From: an uncultured delta proteobacterium
GTDB taxonomy: Bacteria > Desulfobacterota > Binatia > HRBIN30 > BPIQ01
Length of the DNA: 64,000 bases
Direction of reading: 5' to 3'
Assembly (NCBI GenBank): GCA_963761335.1
Contig: CAVXGR010000011.1
Coordinates: 384,001 to 448,000 of the forward strand
Under the pieces are notes generated by a model. It was not told the origin of the DNA. It ran no database searches and saw only the letters and a program-made list of their open reading frames with translations. Positions 19,959 through 31,981 of this stretch are shown one piece after another (position 1 is the stretch's first letter; every line of letters begins with the position of its first letter). The translations under genes and the position numbers were made by a program.

Positions 19959-20144
19959 GACGGCGAGCGAGTAGCAAAGGGGATGGGGGGAGTCAAAAGA
20001 CCTGCGGCCAGGATGGCCGCGCTCCCAGCGGCCGTGATGCTCGGGCTCTCCGGGGTCACCTTGACTTGGCCATGGTCTTCTAATACGTGAACCTGGATAT
20101 TCACGGCGGCCCGAATAGTTCGGACGCCATCGATTTCTTCCCGC

Positions 20145-20501
20145 ATGACAGCGCAATACGTCCCCATCGTGGTCACCTTTGTGCTCGCCGCGATCGTCGT
20201 CGCGGTGATGCTGCTGCTGGGGAGGATTCTCAGCCCGCACGCCACCAACCCGGTGAAGACCGAGGTGTTCGAGTGCGGCAACCCGCCGAGCGGCAGCGCC
20301 TTGGGGCGCTTCTCGGTGAAGTTCTACATGGTCGCCATCCTCTTCATCATCTTCGACGTCGAGGTGGTGTTCATGTACCCGTGGGCGGTGCTCTTCCGGC
20401 GGCTGGGCTGGTTCGGGCTCGGCGAGATGATGGTGTTCATCTCGGTGCTGACCATCGGCCTCGTCTACGTGTGGCGAAAAGGGGCGCTGGAATGGGACTA
20501 G
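20145..20501 (+). CDS. nuoA: NADH-quinone oxidoreductase subunit A
   Basis: FECG, FYMVAILFIIFDVE, KGALEW. Confidence 0.96.
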   Translation: MTAQYVPIVVTFVLAAIVVAVMLLLGRILSPHATNPVKTEVFECGNPPSGSALGRFSVKFYMVAILFIIFDVEVVFMYPWAVLFRRLGWFGLGEMMVFISVLTIGLVYVWRKGALEWD

Positions 20502-21007
20502 AAGCGACCCCGGTGATCCCGCAGGTGCGCGAAGCCCTCGGCGACAAGGTGATCGAGACACACGCGCACGCCGGCGATGAGACCGTCGTCGTGCCGCGGG
20601 AGAGCTGGGTCGAGGCCCTCCGCACCTTGCGCGACCGCCCGGAGCTCGCCTTCAACTTCCTGATGGACCTGACCGCGGTCGACTACTTCGGCCGCGATCC
20701 GCGCTTCGAGATCGTCGCCCACCTCTACTCCCTCGCCCACAACCGCCGCCTGCGCGTCAAGACGCGGGTGCCGGACGCCGATCCGTCCGTCGATTCGCTC
20801 ACCCCCCTGTGGCGGGCCGCCGACTGGCTGGAGCGCGAGGCGTGGGACATGCTCGGCATCATCTTTCACGGGCATCCGGACCTGCGCCGCATCCTGCTCT
20901 ATGAGGAGTTCGTCGGCCACCCGCTGCGCAAGGACTATCCGGTGAACAAGCGCCAGCCGCTGGTCCCCGAGCGCGACCCCATCGAGAAAGGCTGGAGACC
21001 CGGATGA
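20492..21007 (+). CDS. nuoC: NADH-quinone oxidoreductase subunit C
   Basis: DLTAVDY, ADWLEREAWDMLGI, GHPLRKDYP. Confidence 0.95.
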   Translation: MGLEATPVIPQVREALGDKVIETHAHAGDETVVVPRESWVEALRTLRDRPELAFNFLMDLTAVDYFGRDPRFEIVAHLYSLAHNRRLRVKTRVPDADPSVDSLTPLWRAADWLEREAWDMLGIIFHGHPDLRRILLYEEFVGHPLRKDYPVNKRQPLVPERDPIEKGWRPG

Positions 21008-22212
21008 CCACCAAGCGCGGCGCCCTGCCGATCGAGGTCGATCCGACCGAGGAGGTCATGGAGCTGCAGATGGGTCCGTCCCATCCGGCCACTCATGGCA
21101 CCATCAAGTTCAACCTCAAGCTCGACGGCGAGGTGGTGCTCGCCAACGACGTCGAGGTCGGCTACCTGCACCGGGGCTTCGAGAAGATGTCGGAGCAGGG
21201 GACCTGGACGCAGGTCATCCCCTACACCGACCGCCTCAACTACGTCTCGCCGCTGATCAACAACGTCGGCTACTCCCTGGCGGTGGAGAAGCTGCTCGGC
21301 ATCGAGGTGCCGGAGCGCTGCCACTACATCCGCCTGATCATGAGCGAGATCTCGCGGCTCACCGACCACCTCACCTGCCTGGGGATGTCGGCGACCGAAG
21401 CGGGGGCGATGACCGTGGGCTTCCTGCTCAACGAGTCGCGCGAGGCGCTCTACGACATCGTCGAGGCGGTCACCGGAGCCCGCATCACGGTCACCTACAC
21501 CCGCATCGGCGGCGTCGCCCGCGACTTTCCCGTCGACACGGGGGCGCGCATCAAGAAGGCGTTCACCGACATGCGCGCCATCCTCGACGATTGCGACCAC
21601 CTGCTGACGCGCAACCGCATCTTCTACGATCGCATGGCGGGAGTCGGGGTCATCTCGCAGGAGGACTCGATCTCCTACGGCCTCACCGGGCCGATGCTGC
21701 GCGCCACCGGGGTGAACTACGACGTCCGCAAGCAGTCGCCCTACCTGGTCTACGACCGCATGAATTTCGAGGTGCCGCTCGGCGAGAAGGGCGACAACTA
21801 CGACCGCTTTCTATGCCGCTTCCGCGAGATCGAGCAGAGCATGCACATCGTCGAGCAGGCAATGCGAGAGATGCCGGAGGGCCCGATCCGCGTCGACGAT
21901 CCGCGCATCACGCTGCCGGAGAAGCGCGACGTGTACTCCAGCATCGAAGGCCTGATGAACCATTTCAAGCTGGTCATGGAGGGCGTCAAGGTGCCGCCGG
22001 GCGAAGCCTACCAGGCGGTGGAGGGCGCCAACGGCGAGCTCGGCTTCTACGTGGTCAGCGACGGCAGCGGCCGTCCCTATCGCGTGCGCGTGCGGCCGCC
22101 GTGCTTTTTCGGCATGGCCGCCCTGGAACATATGATGCGCGGTTGCATGATCGCCGACATCGTCACCATCTTCGGCATGGTGAACATGATCGGCGGGGAG
22201 TGCGACCGCTGA
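21004..22212 (+). CDS. nuoD: NADH-quinone oxidoreductase subunit D
   Basis: MGPSHPATHG, GYLHRGFEK, DRLNY, GECDR. Confidence 0.97.
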   Translation: MTTKRGALPIEVDPTEEVMELQMGPSHPATHGTIKFNLKLDGEVVLANDVEVGYLHRGFEKMSEQGTWTQVIPYTDRLNYVSPLINNVGYSLAVEKLLGIEVPERCHYIRLIMSEISRLTDHLTCLGMSATEAGAMTVGFLLNESREALYDIVEAVTGARITVTYTRIGGVARDFPVDTGARIKKAFTDMRAILDDCDHLLTRNRIFYDRMAGVGVISQEDSISYGLTGPMLRATGVNYDVRKQSPYLVYDRMNFEVPLGEKGDNYDRFLCRFREIEQSMHIVEQAMREMPEGPIRVDDPRITLPEKRDVYSSIEGLMNHFKLVMEGVKVPPGEAYQAVEGANGELGFYVVSDGSGRPYRVRVRPPCFFGMAALEHMMRGCMIADIVTIFGMVNMIGGECDR

Positions 22213-22263
22213 TGGCGCCGGCTCGCCGGCGCGCGGCCTGAAATCGGACACCACTTCCGCCGC

Positions 22264-22743
22264 ATGCCCGCCCAATTCTCCCCCGAGGCTCTGCAGGAGT
22301 TCGAGAACCTTGTCGCCCGCTACCCGCAGCGGCAGGCGGCCTTGCTGCCGGTTCTCTGGCTGGCGCAGCGCGAGTTCGGCTGGATCTCCGAGGAGGTGGT
22401 CACCCACGTCGCCGGCCTGCTGAAGCTGCCGCCGGCGCGCGTCGCCGGCGTGGTGTCCTTCTACACGATGTACTACCGCCAGCCGATGGGGAAGTACCAT
22501 CTGCAGGTGTGCCGGAATCTGTCGTGCAGCCTGCGCGGCGCCGGAGACATCACCGCCTGCATCGAGCGGCGCTTGGGAATCAAGGTGGGCCAGACCACTG
22601 CGGACATGCAGTTCTCGCTCAGCGAGGTCGAGTGCCTGGCATCGTGCGGCACCGCGCCGATGCTGCAGCTGAACGACGAGTTCGTCGAGAACCTCACCCC
22701 CGAGAGCACCATCGAGCTGATCGATCGGCTGGCGCGCGAGTGA
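22264..22743 (+). CDS. nuoE: NADH-quinone oxidoreductase subunit E
   Basis: VSFYTMY, CRNLSC, ECLASC 2Fe-2S ligands. Confidence 0.95.
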   Translation: MPAQFSPEALQEFENLVARYPQRQAALLPVLWLAQREFGWISEEVVTHVAGLLKLPPARVAGVVSFYTMYYRQPMGKYHLQVCRNLSCSLRGAGDITACIERRLGIKVGQTTADMQFSLSEVECLASCGTAPMLQLNDEFVENLTPESTIELIDRLARE

Positions 22744-22796
22744 GCGGCGGGCGCAGTGGTGGTGCGGTGAAGAGGTCGGACGGATTGGACTGACGA

Positions 22797-23903
22797 ATGC
22801 TCGAAATCATCGTCATTGCCGCCATCAAGTCGCTGCTGGTGGTGCTCATGGTGCTGCAGCTGGCCGGCGTGCTCGGTTGGATCGAGCGCAAGGGCAGCGC
22901 CCTGATCCAGGATCGCATCGGCGCCAACCGCGCCGGCCTGCCGCTGTTCGGCCGCAACGTCGCCGTGGCCGGGCTGGTGAACACGCTGATGGCCGACCCG
23001 ATCAAGTTCCTCACCAAGGAGGACTTCGTCCCCGAGGGTGCCGATCGCCTGCTGCACGCGTTGGCACCGTGCGTCAACCTCTTCCCCGCCCTGGTCGCCT
23101 TCGCGGTCATTCCCTTCGGCGACGTCCTGGTGATTGGCGACCGCCACATCAACCTGCAGGTGGCGCCGCTCAACGTCGGCGTTCTCTACATCCTGGCGAT
23201 GGCCTCGCTGGGCGTCTACGGCGTCGTCCTCGGCGGCTGGGCGTCGAACAACCGCTGGTCGCTGCTCGGCGGCATCCGCGGCTCGGCGCAGATGATCTCC
23301 TACGAGATCGCCATGGGCCTGTCGGTCGTCGCCGCGGTGATGACCTATGGCACCCTCGACCTGCAGGCGATGTGTCGCGCCCAGGGGCATCTGATCGGCG
23401 GCTGGCTGCCCGGGTGGGGCATTCTCTACCAGCCGCTCGCCTTCATCATCTTCATGACGGCGGGGATGGCGGAGAGCAAGCGCGTCCCCTTCGACCTGCC
23501 GGAGTCCGAGTCGGAGCTGATCAGCGGCTACTTCACGGAGTACTCCGGGGTGAAGCACCTGATGTTCTTCATGACCGACTTCGTCGAGGTGATCATCGTC
23601 TCCGGTGTGGCCGCCGCCATCTTCCTGGGCGGCTGGCAGGTGCCGTACCTATACGCCGACGGCTTCCACTTTCCGTGGGGCGCCGCCGTGGCGCTGCCCA
23701 ACATCGCGGTGGTGCTCCTGCAGCTGATCTCCTTTGGCGTCAAGGTCGTGATCCTCTGCTGGGGGCAGATCATGGTGCGCTGGACCCTGCCGCGCTTCCG
23801 CTACGACCAGCTCATGCGCCTCGGCTGGAAGGGTCTGCTGCCGGTGGCGCTGGCCAACATCGTGATCACCGCGGTGATCACGCTCGCGGTGCAGACGCCA
23901 TGA
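22797..23903 (+). CDS. nuoH: NADH-quinone oxidoreductase subunit H
   Basis: ERK, AQMISYE, PFDLPESESEL, LPRFRYDQLM. Confidence 0.97.
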   Translation: MLEIIVIAAIKSLLVVLMVLQLAGVLGWIERKGSALIQDRIGANRAGLPLFGRNVAVAGLVNTLMADPIKFLTKEDFVPEGADRLLHALAPCVNLFPALVAFAVIPFGDVLVIGDRHINLQVAPLNVGVLYILAMASLGVYGVVLGGWASNNRWSLLGGIRGSAQMISYEIAMGLSVVAAVMTYGTLDLQAMCRAQGHLIGGWLPGWGILYQPLAFIIFMTAGMAESKRVPFDLPESESELISGYFTEYSGVKHLMFFMTDFVEVIIVSGVAAAIFLGGWQVPYLYADGFHFPWGAAVALPNIAVVLLQLISFGVKVVILCWGQIMVRWTLPRFRYDQLMRLGWKGLLPVALANIVITAVITLAVQTP

Positions 23904-24394
23904 GCCTGCCGCTGTTCCTCATCTTCGCGGCTCTGCTGGTCGCCGCTTCGCTGGGCGTCATCCTCTTTCCGCACCCGGTGCGCAGCGCCCTTTCCCTGGT
24001 GTCGGCGCTCTTCATCCTCGCCGTCATCTACATCTTTCTCGACGCGCACCTGGTGGCGGCGCTGCAGATCATCGTCTACGCGGGCGCCATCATGGTGCTG
24101 TTCCTCTTCGTGATCATGCTGCTCAACCTGCAGACCGAGGTGCGGGAGAGCAAGGTGGGGCTGAAGGCCGCGGCGGCGATTGCCGCCGGGCTGCTGGCGG
24201 CGCAGCTGGCATACATCTTCCACCAGGGCGCGACCGGTGTCACCGACGGCCAGGTGCCCGCCGCCTACGGCACCACCGAGGCGGTGGCCGAGCGGCTGTT
24301 CAGCCACTTTCTCCTGCCCTTCGAGCTCACCTCTGTGCTCCTTCTCGTGGCCATCGTCGGCGCCGTGGTGCTGGCGAAGCGCAGGATCGGCTAG
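23900..24394 (+). CDS. nuoJ: NADH-quinone oxidoreductase subunit J
   Basis: QIIVYAGAIMVLFLFVIMLL, LPFELTSVLLL. Confidence 0.95.
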   Translation: MSLPLFLIFAALLVAASLGVILFPHPVRSALSLVSALFILAVIYIFLDAHLVAALQIIVYAGAIMVLFLFVIMLLNLQTEVRESKVGLKAAAAIAAGLLAAQLAYIFHQGATGVTDGQVPAAYGTTEAVAERLFSHFLLPFELTSVLLLVAIVGAVVLAKRRIG

Positions 24395-24418
24395 GCGCGC
24401 CGGGGGATTGCGAGACCT

Positions 24419-24721
24419 ATGGTACCGACGAGCTACTACCTGATCCTGGCGGCGGCCATCTTTTCCATCGGCGCCACCGGCGTCATCATCCGCCGCAACG
24501 TCATCGTCATCTTCATGTCGATCGAGCTGATGCTGAACGCCGTCAACCTGGCCTTCGTGGCCCTGTCGCGGCAGTTCAACTCGATGGACGGACAGGCGAT
24601 CGTCTTCTTCGTGATGACGGTCGCCGCCGCCGAGGCCGCCGTCGGGCTGGCGATCATCATCTCGGTCTTCCGCAACCGCGAGACGCTGAACGCGGACGAG
24701 CTGAACCTGCTGCGGTGGTAG
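24419..24721 (+). CDS. nuoK: NADH-quinone oxidoreductase subunit K
   Basis: [22 protein letters not shown]. Confidence 0.97.
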   Translation: MVPTSYYLILAAAIFSIGATGVIIRRNVIVIFMSIELMLNAVNLAFVALSRQFNSMDGQAIVFFVMTVAAAEAAVGLAIIISVFRNRETLNADELNLLRW

Positions 24722-24723
24722 CC

Positions 24724-26661
24724 ATGCACGGGCACTTTCTCGACGTCTCCTATCTCTGGCTGATTCCCGCCCTGCCCCTCGCCGGCGTCCTCTTCAACGC
24801 GGCTCTCGGCCAGCGACTGGGGCGCGGCGTGGTTCGCCTCGTCGCCCCCGGCGTCGTGCTCGGGGCGTTTGCGACGGCGGCAACCGCCTTCGTGCAGCTC
24901 TGGCAGGCGCCCGAGGGAGCCGTGCTGCTCGACCGGGTCTTTCCCTGGATCCACGCCGGCTCGCTGCAGGTCGACGTCGTCTTCCGCGTCGACCCGCTGT
25001 CGGCGGTGATGATCCTGGTGGTGACCGGCGTCGGCTTCCTGATCCACGTCTACTCCACCGGCTACATGGGGCACGACGCCGACTACGCCCGCTACTTCAC
25101 CTATCTCAACCTGTTCACCGCCTCGATGCTCATCCTGGTGCTGGCCGACAATCTGCCGCTGCTCTTCGTCGGCTGGGAGGGCGTCGGCCTGTGCTCCTAT
25201 CTGCTGATCGGCTTCTGGTACGACAAGGAGGAGAACGCCGCCGCCGGCAAGAAGGCGTTCATCGTCAACCGGATCGGCGACTTCGGCTTCCTGCTCGGCG
25301 TCTTCCTGCTGTTCTGGAGCCTCGGCAGCGGCCCGCACGCGCTCGACTTCCACGAGATCGCCGCCAAGACGGGGAGCATGGCGCCGGCGACGATCACCGC
25401 CATCTGCCTGCTCCTCTTCGTCGGCGCCACCGGCAAGTCGGCGCAGATTCCGCTCTACGTGTGGCTGCCCGATGCCATGGCCGGTCCCACCCCGGTCAGC
25501 GCCCTGATCCACGCCGCCACCATGGTCACCGCCGGCGTCTACATGATCGCCCGGCTCAACTTCCTCTATATTCTCTCGCCCACGGCGCTGGCGGTGGTCG
25601 CCACCATCGGCGCGCTCACGGCGTTCTTCGCCGCCACCATCGGCCTGGTGCAGAACGACATCAAGCGCGTGCTGGCCTACTCGACGATCAGCCAGCTGGG
25701 CTACATGTTCCTCGGCGTCGGCGTCGGCGCCTTCAGCGCCGGCATCTTTCACCTGATGACGCACGCCTTCTTCAAGGCGCTCCTCTTCCTCGGCGCCGGC
25801 AGCGTCATCCACGGCATGGGCGGCGAGCAGGACATGCGCAAGATGGGCGGCCTGCGGGCCCACATGCCGATCACCTTCTGGACCTTCATGGCCGCCTTCC
25901 TCGCCATCTCCGGGATCCCGGGGTTCTCCGGATTCTTCAGCAAGGACGAGATCCTCTGGAAGGCGTACGCCAGCCCCTTCGGGGGCATCTGGCTCTACGC
26001 GCTCGGCCTGGTGGCCGCGGGCCTGACGGCGTTCTACATGGGGCGCCTGGTGTTCATGACCTTCTTCGGCGAGTGCCGCGCCGACGAGGAGACGCGGCAT
26101 CACCTGCACGAGTCGCCGCCGAGCATGACGGTGCCGCTGCTGGTGCTCGGCTTCCTGTCGTTCGCCGGCGGCTACGTCGGCCTGCCGCTGCACCTCGGCT
26201 GGGGCAACCAGTTCGAGCGCTTTCTCGAGCCGGCGCTCCCCGGCGAGCACCTCGCGGCGGTGGCGCATGCCGCCGCCGGCACCGAGGCGCTGCTGATGGC
26301 GCTCTCGGTGGCGGTGGCACTGGCCGGTCTCGCCGTCGCCTACGTCTTCTACATCGCGCGTCCGGAGCTGCCCGGGCAGCTGGCGGCGCGCGCCGCCGGG
26401 CTCTATCAGCTGCTGTTCAACAAGTACTGGGTCGACGAGATCTACGATCGCGTCATCGTCCGCCCGATGCTCGCCGGCTCGCAGTTTCTCTGGCAGACCG
26501 TCGACAACGAGGTGATCGACGGCGCCGTCAACGGCGTCGCCGAGACGGTCGCAGTGAACTCCGCGGTATGGCGGCGCTGGCAGACGGGAAACGTGCAGCA
26601 TTACGCCCTCTCCTTTCTGATCGGCGCCCTCGGCGTAGTCGGCTACTTCGTCTGGCGGTGA
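24724..26661 (+). CDS. nuoL: NADH-quinone oxidoreductase subunit L
   Basis: GWEGVGLCSYLLIGF, KSAQIPLYVWLPDAMAGPTPVSALIHAATM. Confidence 0.97.
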   Translation: MHGHFLDVSYLWLIPALPLAGVLFNAALGQRLGRGVVRLVAPGVVLGAFATAATAFVQLWQAPEGAVLLDRVFPWIHAGSLQVDVVFRVDPLSAVMILVVTGVGFLIHVYSTGYMGHDADYARYFTYLNLFTASMLILVLADNLPLLFVGWEGVGLCSYLLIGFWYDKEENAAAGKKAFIVNRIGDFGFLLGVFLLFWSLGSGPHALDFHEIAAKTGSMAPATITAICLLLFVGATGKSAQIPLYVWLPDAMAGPTPVSALIHAATMVTAGVYMIARLNFLYILSPTALAVVATIGALTAFFAATIGLVQNDIKRVLAYSTISQLGYMFLGVGVGAFSAGIFHLMTHAFFKALLFLGAGSVIHGMGGEQDMRKMGGLRAHMPITFWTFMAAFLAISGIPGFSGFFSKDEILWKAYASPFGGIWLYALGLVAAGLTAFYMGRLVFMTFFGECRADEETRHHLHESPPSMTVPLLVLGFLSFAGGYVGLPLHLGWGNQFERFLEPALPGEHLAAVAHAAAGTEALLMALSVAVALAGLAVAYVFYIARPELPGQLAARAAGLYQLLFNKYWVDEIYDRVIVRPMLAGSQFLWQTVDNEVIDGAVNGVAETVAVNSAVWRRWQTGNVQHYALSFLIGALGVVGYFVWR

Positions 26662-26667
26662 TCTGAG

Positions 26668-28463
<1,796 letters not shown>

Positions 28464-28467
<4 letters not shown>

Positions 28468-29915
28468 ACATCCCGAGCATCTCCTGGCTGGTGGTTCTGC
28501 CGAGCCTGATCGTCACCGGCACCGCCCTGGTTGTTCTGCTGGCGGATCTGTGGAGCGAAGGCCCGGACCACGAGGCCCTCGGGTGGATCGGCATCCTCGG
28601 CCTGTTCGCCGCCGCGGTGGTGTCTCTGACGCTGTGGAACACGCACGAGAGCACCTTCTCCGGAGGCATGATCATCGATCGCTACGCGATCTTCTTCAAC
28701 CTGCTCTTCTGTCTCGCCGGCATCCTCGTGCTGCTCATGTCGATGAGCTATCTGGAGACCACCGACGTGCGCGGCGTCGGCGATTACTACTCGCTGACCA
28801 TCTTCGCCATCGCCGGCATGACACTGATGGCGGCCGCCGACGACCTGATCGTCGTCTTCCTGTCGCTGGAGATCATGTCGGTGGCGGTGTACGCCCTGGC
28901 CGGCATCTGGCGGCGGCAGCTGCGCTCCAACGAGGCGGCGCTCAAGTACTTCTTGATGGGCGCCTTCGCCACCGGCTTTCTCCTCTTCGGCATCGCCCTG
29001 GTGTACGGGGCCACCGGCACCACCCAGCTGGAGCTGATCTCGCAGAAGCTGGCAGCCGGTGGCGGCAACGAGCGCTTGCTCATCCTCGCCGGCACCGGGC
29101 TGCTGACGGTCGGCTTTGGCTTCAAGATTGCCGCCGTTCCCTTCCACCTGTGGACGCCCGACGTCTACGAGGGGTCGCCGACGTCGATCACGGCGCTGAT
29201 GGCGGTCGGCGTGAAGGCCGCGGCCTTCGCCGCCTTCGCGCGCGTCTTCAGCCACGCCCTCGGGCCGCTGCTGCCCGACTGGCAGGTGGTGCTCTGGGTG
29301 CTGGCGGCGCTGACCATGACCGTGGGCAACGTCGTCGCTCTGCTGCAGCAGAACATCAAGCGCATGCTCGCCTACTCGAGCATCGCCCACGCCGGCTATC
29401 TGCTGGTCGGCCTGGTGTCGGTGCGCGACGGCGGCGGCGCCGCCCTGCTCTTCTATCTGCTCGCCTACACGCTGATGAACCTCGGCGCCTTTGCCGTGGT
29501 GATCGCCGTCGGCCGCTTGGGCGAGCCCAACGAGCAGCTCGACGACTACGCCGGCCTCGGGTTCCGCTATCCGCTGCTCGGCCTGGCGATGACGGTGTTC
29601 ATGCTGTCGCTCGCCGGCATCCCGCCGCTGGTCGGCTTCGCCGGCAAGTTCTATCTGTTCAGCGCCGCCGTGCGCGCCGGCTTCGTCGGCCTGGCCGTGA
29701 TCGCCGTGCTCAACAGCGTCGTCTCGATGTACTACTACGCCGGCGTCTTGGTGCGCATGTTCATGACCGAAGGCACCGTGGTGATCGACGCCCCGGCGAC
29801 TCGCCCCTATCTGGTCGCCACCCTGCTCATCGCCATCACCGGCACCGTCCTCCTCGGCGTCTTCCCCTCCTTCGCCCACGAGCTCGCCCGGCAGTCCTTC
29901 CTGTCCCTGGGCTAG
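28464..29915 (+). CDS. nuoN: NADH-quinone oxidoreductase subunit N
   Basis: EAALKYF, FKIAAVPFHLWTPDVYEG, KRMLAYSSIAH. Confidence 0.97.
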
Positions 29916-30103
29916 CACGGAGCGCGAGACGAAGACCGGGGGTCGAAACCGGACGCGGGACGCCGAGTGTCGCTGACCGCCGCGCGCCGCGGCTGAGCTT
30001 CGGTCGAGGCAGAAGCTAGCGTCAGGAAGCGCCGGGAGACGGGGGTCTTCGAGGAGCTCGTGCACTCGGACTTCGCGGCCGCCGGCAACGCTTGTGGCCA
30101 GCC

Positions 30104-30940
30104 CTACTGCGCCGGAGCTGGTGGGCTCTGCACCTCGATCCATTTTCCGAGCACGCGTACCAGCGTGCCGTCGGCGTTCCAGGTAGCGAGCACCGCATCG
30201 AGACGGTCCCGCAGGGCCGTGTCGTCCCGGCGCACTGCCCAGGCCAGGTACTCCTTGGTCAAGGGCTCGTAGCGTCCGATCAGCTCACCGCCGTGCGCGG
30301 CATCTGCCGCCATCACCCGATAGATCGACGGGGCATCGTGGACGAAGATGTCGATCTGACGGGCGCGCAGCGCCTCCACCGCAGCGTCGACCGATTCGAA
30401 GCCCCGGTGGCTCGCCGCCGGCAGATGCTGGCGCACGTACGCCTCGCCGGTCGTCCCGGTGACGAAACCGATACGGGTGGCGGGCGTGTTGACGGCATCG
30501 CCGCGCAAACGCGCGTCGTCTTCGCGGCGCAGCAGCATCATCTGTCCGACGCGCAGATACGGATGCGCGAAGGTCACCAGTTGGCGGCGTTCTTCGGTAA
30601 TCGACATGCCGGACATGATCATATCGATGCGGCCGTCTCGCAGCGCCGGTATCAATTCCGGCCACGGCGTTTCGACCATCACGATCTTTTCTCCCAACGC
30701 CGAGGCGAGCTTGCGCGCGAAATCCACCTCCACACCGGCGAGTGCGCCCTGCTGGAGGAAAGCGAGGGGCGGATAGTTGGGGGCGATCCCCACCCGCAGC
30801 TCCGGGTAGAACACCGTCGCCGTGGTTGGCTTCGCCCGGGGCGCCCCGCAGCCGGCGAACGAGACCAGGGCCGCAATCATCATGACAGCGGTGACCGTAG
30901 ATCGCTTTCGGCGGGAATTCGGCGTGTGCGGTTCCATCAT
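30104..30940 (-). CDS. Amino-acid ABC transporter substrate-binding lipoprotein (family 3), orphan
   Basis: Lipobox FAGC, LRVG..NYPP, GVEVD, SGMSITEER, GTTGE. Confidence 0.9.
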   Translation of the reverse strand: MMEPHTPNSRRKRSTVTAVMMIAALVSFAGCGAPRAKPTTATVFYPELRVGIAPNYPPLAFLQQGALAGVEVDFARKLASALGEKIVMVETPWPELIPALRDGRIDMIMSGMSITEERRQLVTFAHPYLRVGQMMLLRREDDARLRGDAVNTPATRIGFVTGTTGEAYVRQHLPAASHRGFESVDAAVEALRARQIDIFVHDAPSIYRVMAADAAHGGELIGRYEPLTKEYLAWAVRRDDTALRDRLDAVLATWNADGTLVRVLGKWIEVQSPPAPAQ

Positions 30941-31063
30941 CGCTCCCTGTCGTCGAGCCCGCTTCTGGCAGGGATCGCCGCCGCCGTCAACGCAGCGGGC
31001 GGTTGGATTGAGCCCATTGACAAGGACTGCCCGTCGATTTTCACGCCGCTGCGGGCGCGGGTT

Positions 31064-31200
31064 CCCTCTCCCGCATTGTTTCGCGGGAGAGGGCCAGGGT
31101 GAGGGCTCGGATCTTCTTGAACGCCGCAGAAATCGTGAACTTTCAGTGAAAGAAGCCCCTCACCTTGGTCCTCTCCCCGCGAAAAGAATGCGGGGAGAGG
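31064..31200. repeat. Family C palindromic element, second copy (inverted)
   Basis: CCCTCTCCCGCA...GGGAGAGGGCCAGGGTGAGGG...CCCCTCACCTTGGTCCTCTCCCC...GGGGAGAGG. Confidence 0.8.
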
Positions 31201-31310
31201 AGACCCTTGCGCGAGGCGGCGGGAGATAATTGCAGAGTCGGACCGGCAAACTAGGACAGTACCTTGGATTGCCAGAGTATGCCCTTTCTCCTACAGTGCT
31301 CGGCGCAATC

Positions 31311-31865
31311 ATGCTCCCGCGGTCCGATTGTGGTCGGCTCTTGGCCTTGGCGGCATTCAGCCTCCTTCTCATGGGTGTCGAGATCCGCCTTGCAGGTGCG
31401 CAACAAATCGGAGGCGGCCCGCTCAGCGGGGGAACCGGGCGCCGGCGCACGCTTGAAGGCGGCTCGCTCACCGGCGGCACGGTACCCGGGCGGACGCTCG
31501 AGGGTGGAACACTCACCGGTGGAACCGTCCCGGGCAGAACGCTCGAGGGCGGGACGCTCTCAGGCAGCCCTGTTCGCCGCTCCTGGGACGCGCCGATCGG
31601 GGGCGCGCCATTCTATCCTCTCCCGGTGGAGTATCCCCAAACCGGCGGCGAGGAATTCTCCGGCGCAGCGGTCGGGGAGCTCGAGCCGACCGGTGGCGAG
31701 GAAGGCGAAGAGTTCTACCCCGAGGCGACAGAAGATCAAGCCCCGACCGACGGCCAGGAGGCGACGGAGGAGCCGGAAGAGACCCAGCCCGCGGGTGCTC
31801 CCGTGTACGGGGTCGCCGGCTGGGAGCCTCCGGAGGGCGGAGCACCCGTCGTCGTCGTCCACTGA
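31311..31865 (+). CDS. Secreted hypothetical protein with 15-aa tandem repeats and acidic tail
   Basis: Signal-like N-terminus; RTLEGG(S/T)L(T/S)GGTVPG x3 (45-bp period) with synonymous codon variation. Confidence 0.6.
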   Translation: MLPRSDCGRLLALAAFSLLLMGVEIRLAGAQQIGGGPLSGGTGRRRTLEGGSLTGGTVPGRTLEGGTLTGGTVPGRTLEGGTLSGSPVRRSWDAPIGGAPFYPLPVEYPQTGGEEFSGAAVGELEPTGGEEGEEFYPEATEDQAPTDGQEATEEPEETQPAGAPVYGVAGWEPPEGGAPVVVVH

Positions 31866-31877
31866 GAGCCGGCGAAG

Positions 31878-31927
31878 GTAGAAGCGGCGTCTCGCCGCTT
31901 CGGGAAGCGCCGGGACGGCGCTTCTAC
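31878..31927. repeat. REP doublet family A, copy 4
   Basis: GTAGAAGCGGCGTCTCGCCGCTTCGGGAAGCGCCGGGACGGCGCTTCTAC. Confidence 0.9.
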
Positions 31928-31981
31928 CTCGGTCTTGAGACGCCTTCCTCAACGCGCCGGCAGTCGCGGCCCGCGCCCCGC

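Noticed and set aside
18889..19977. 610-aa ORF as a long MurU fusion
   Set aside because: The N-terminal part overlaps amgK in another frame; the real start is GTG 18888
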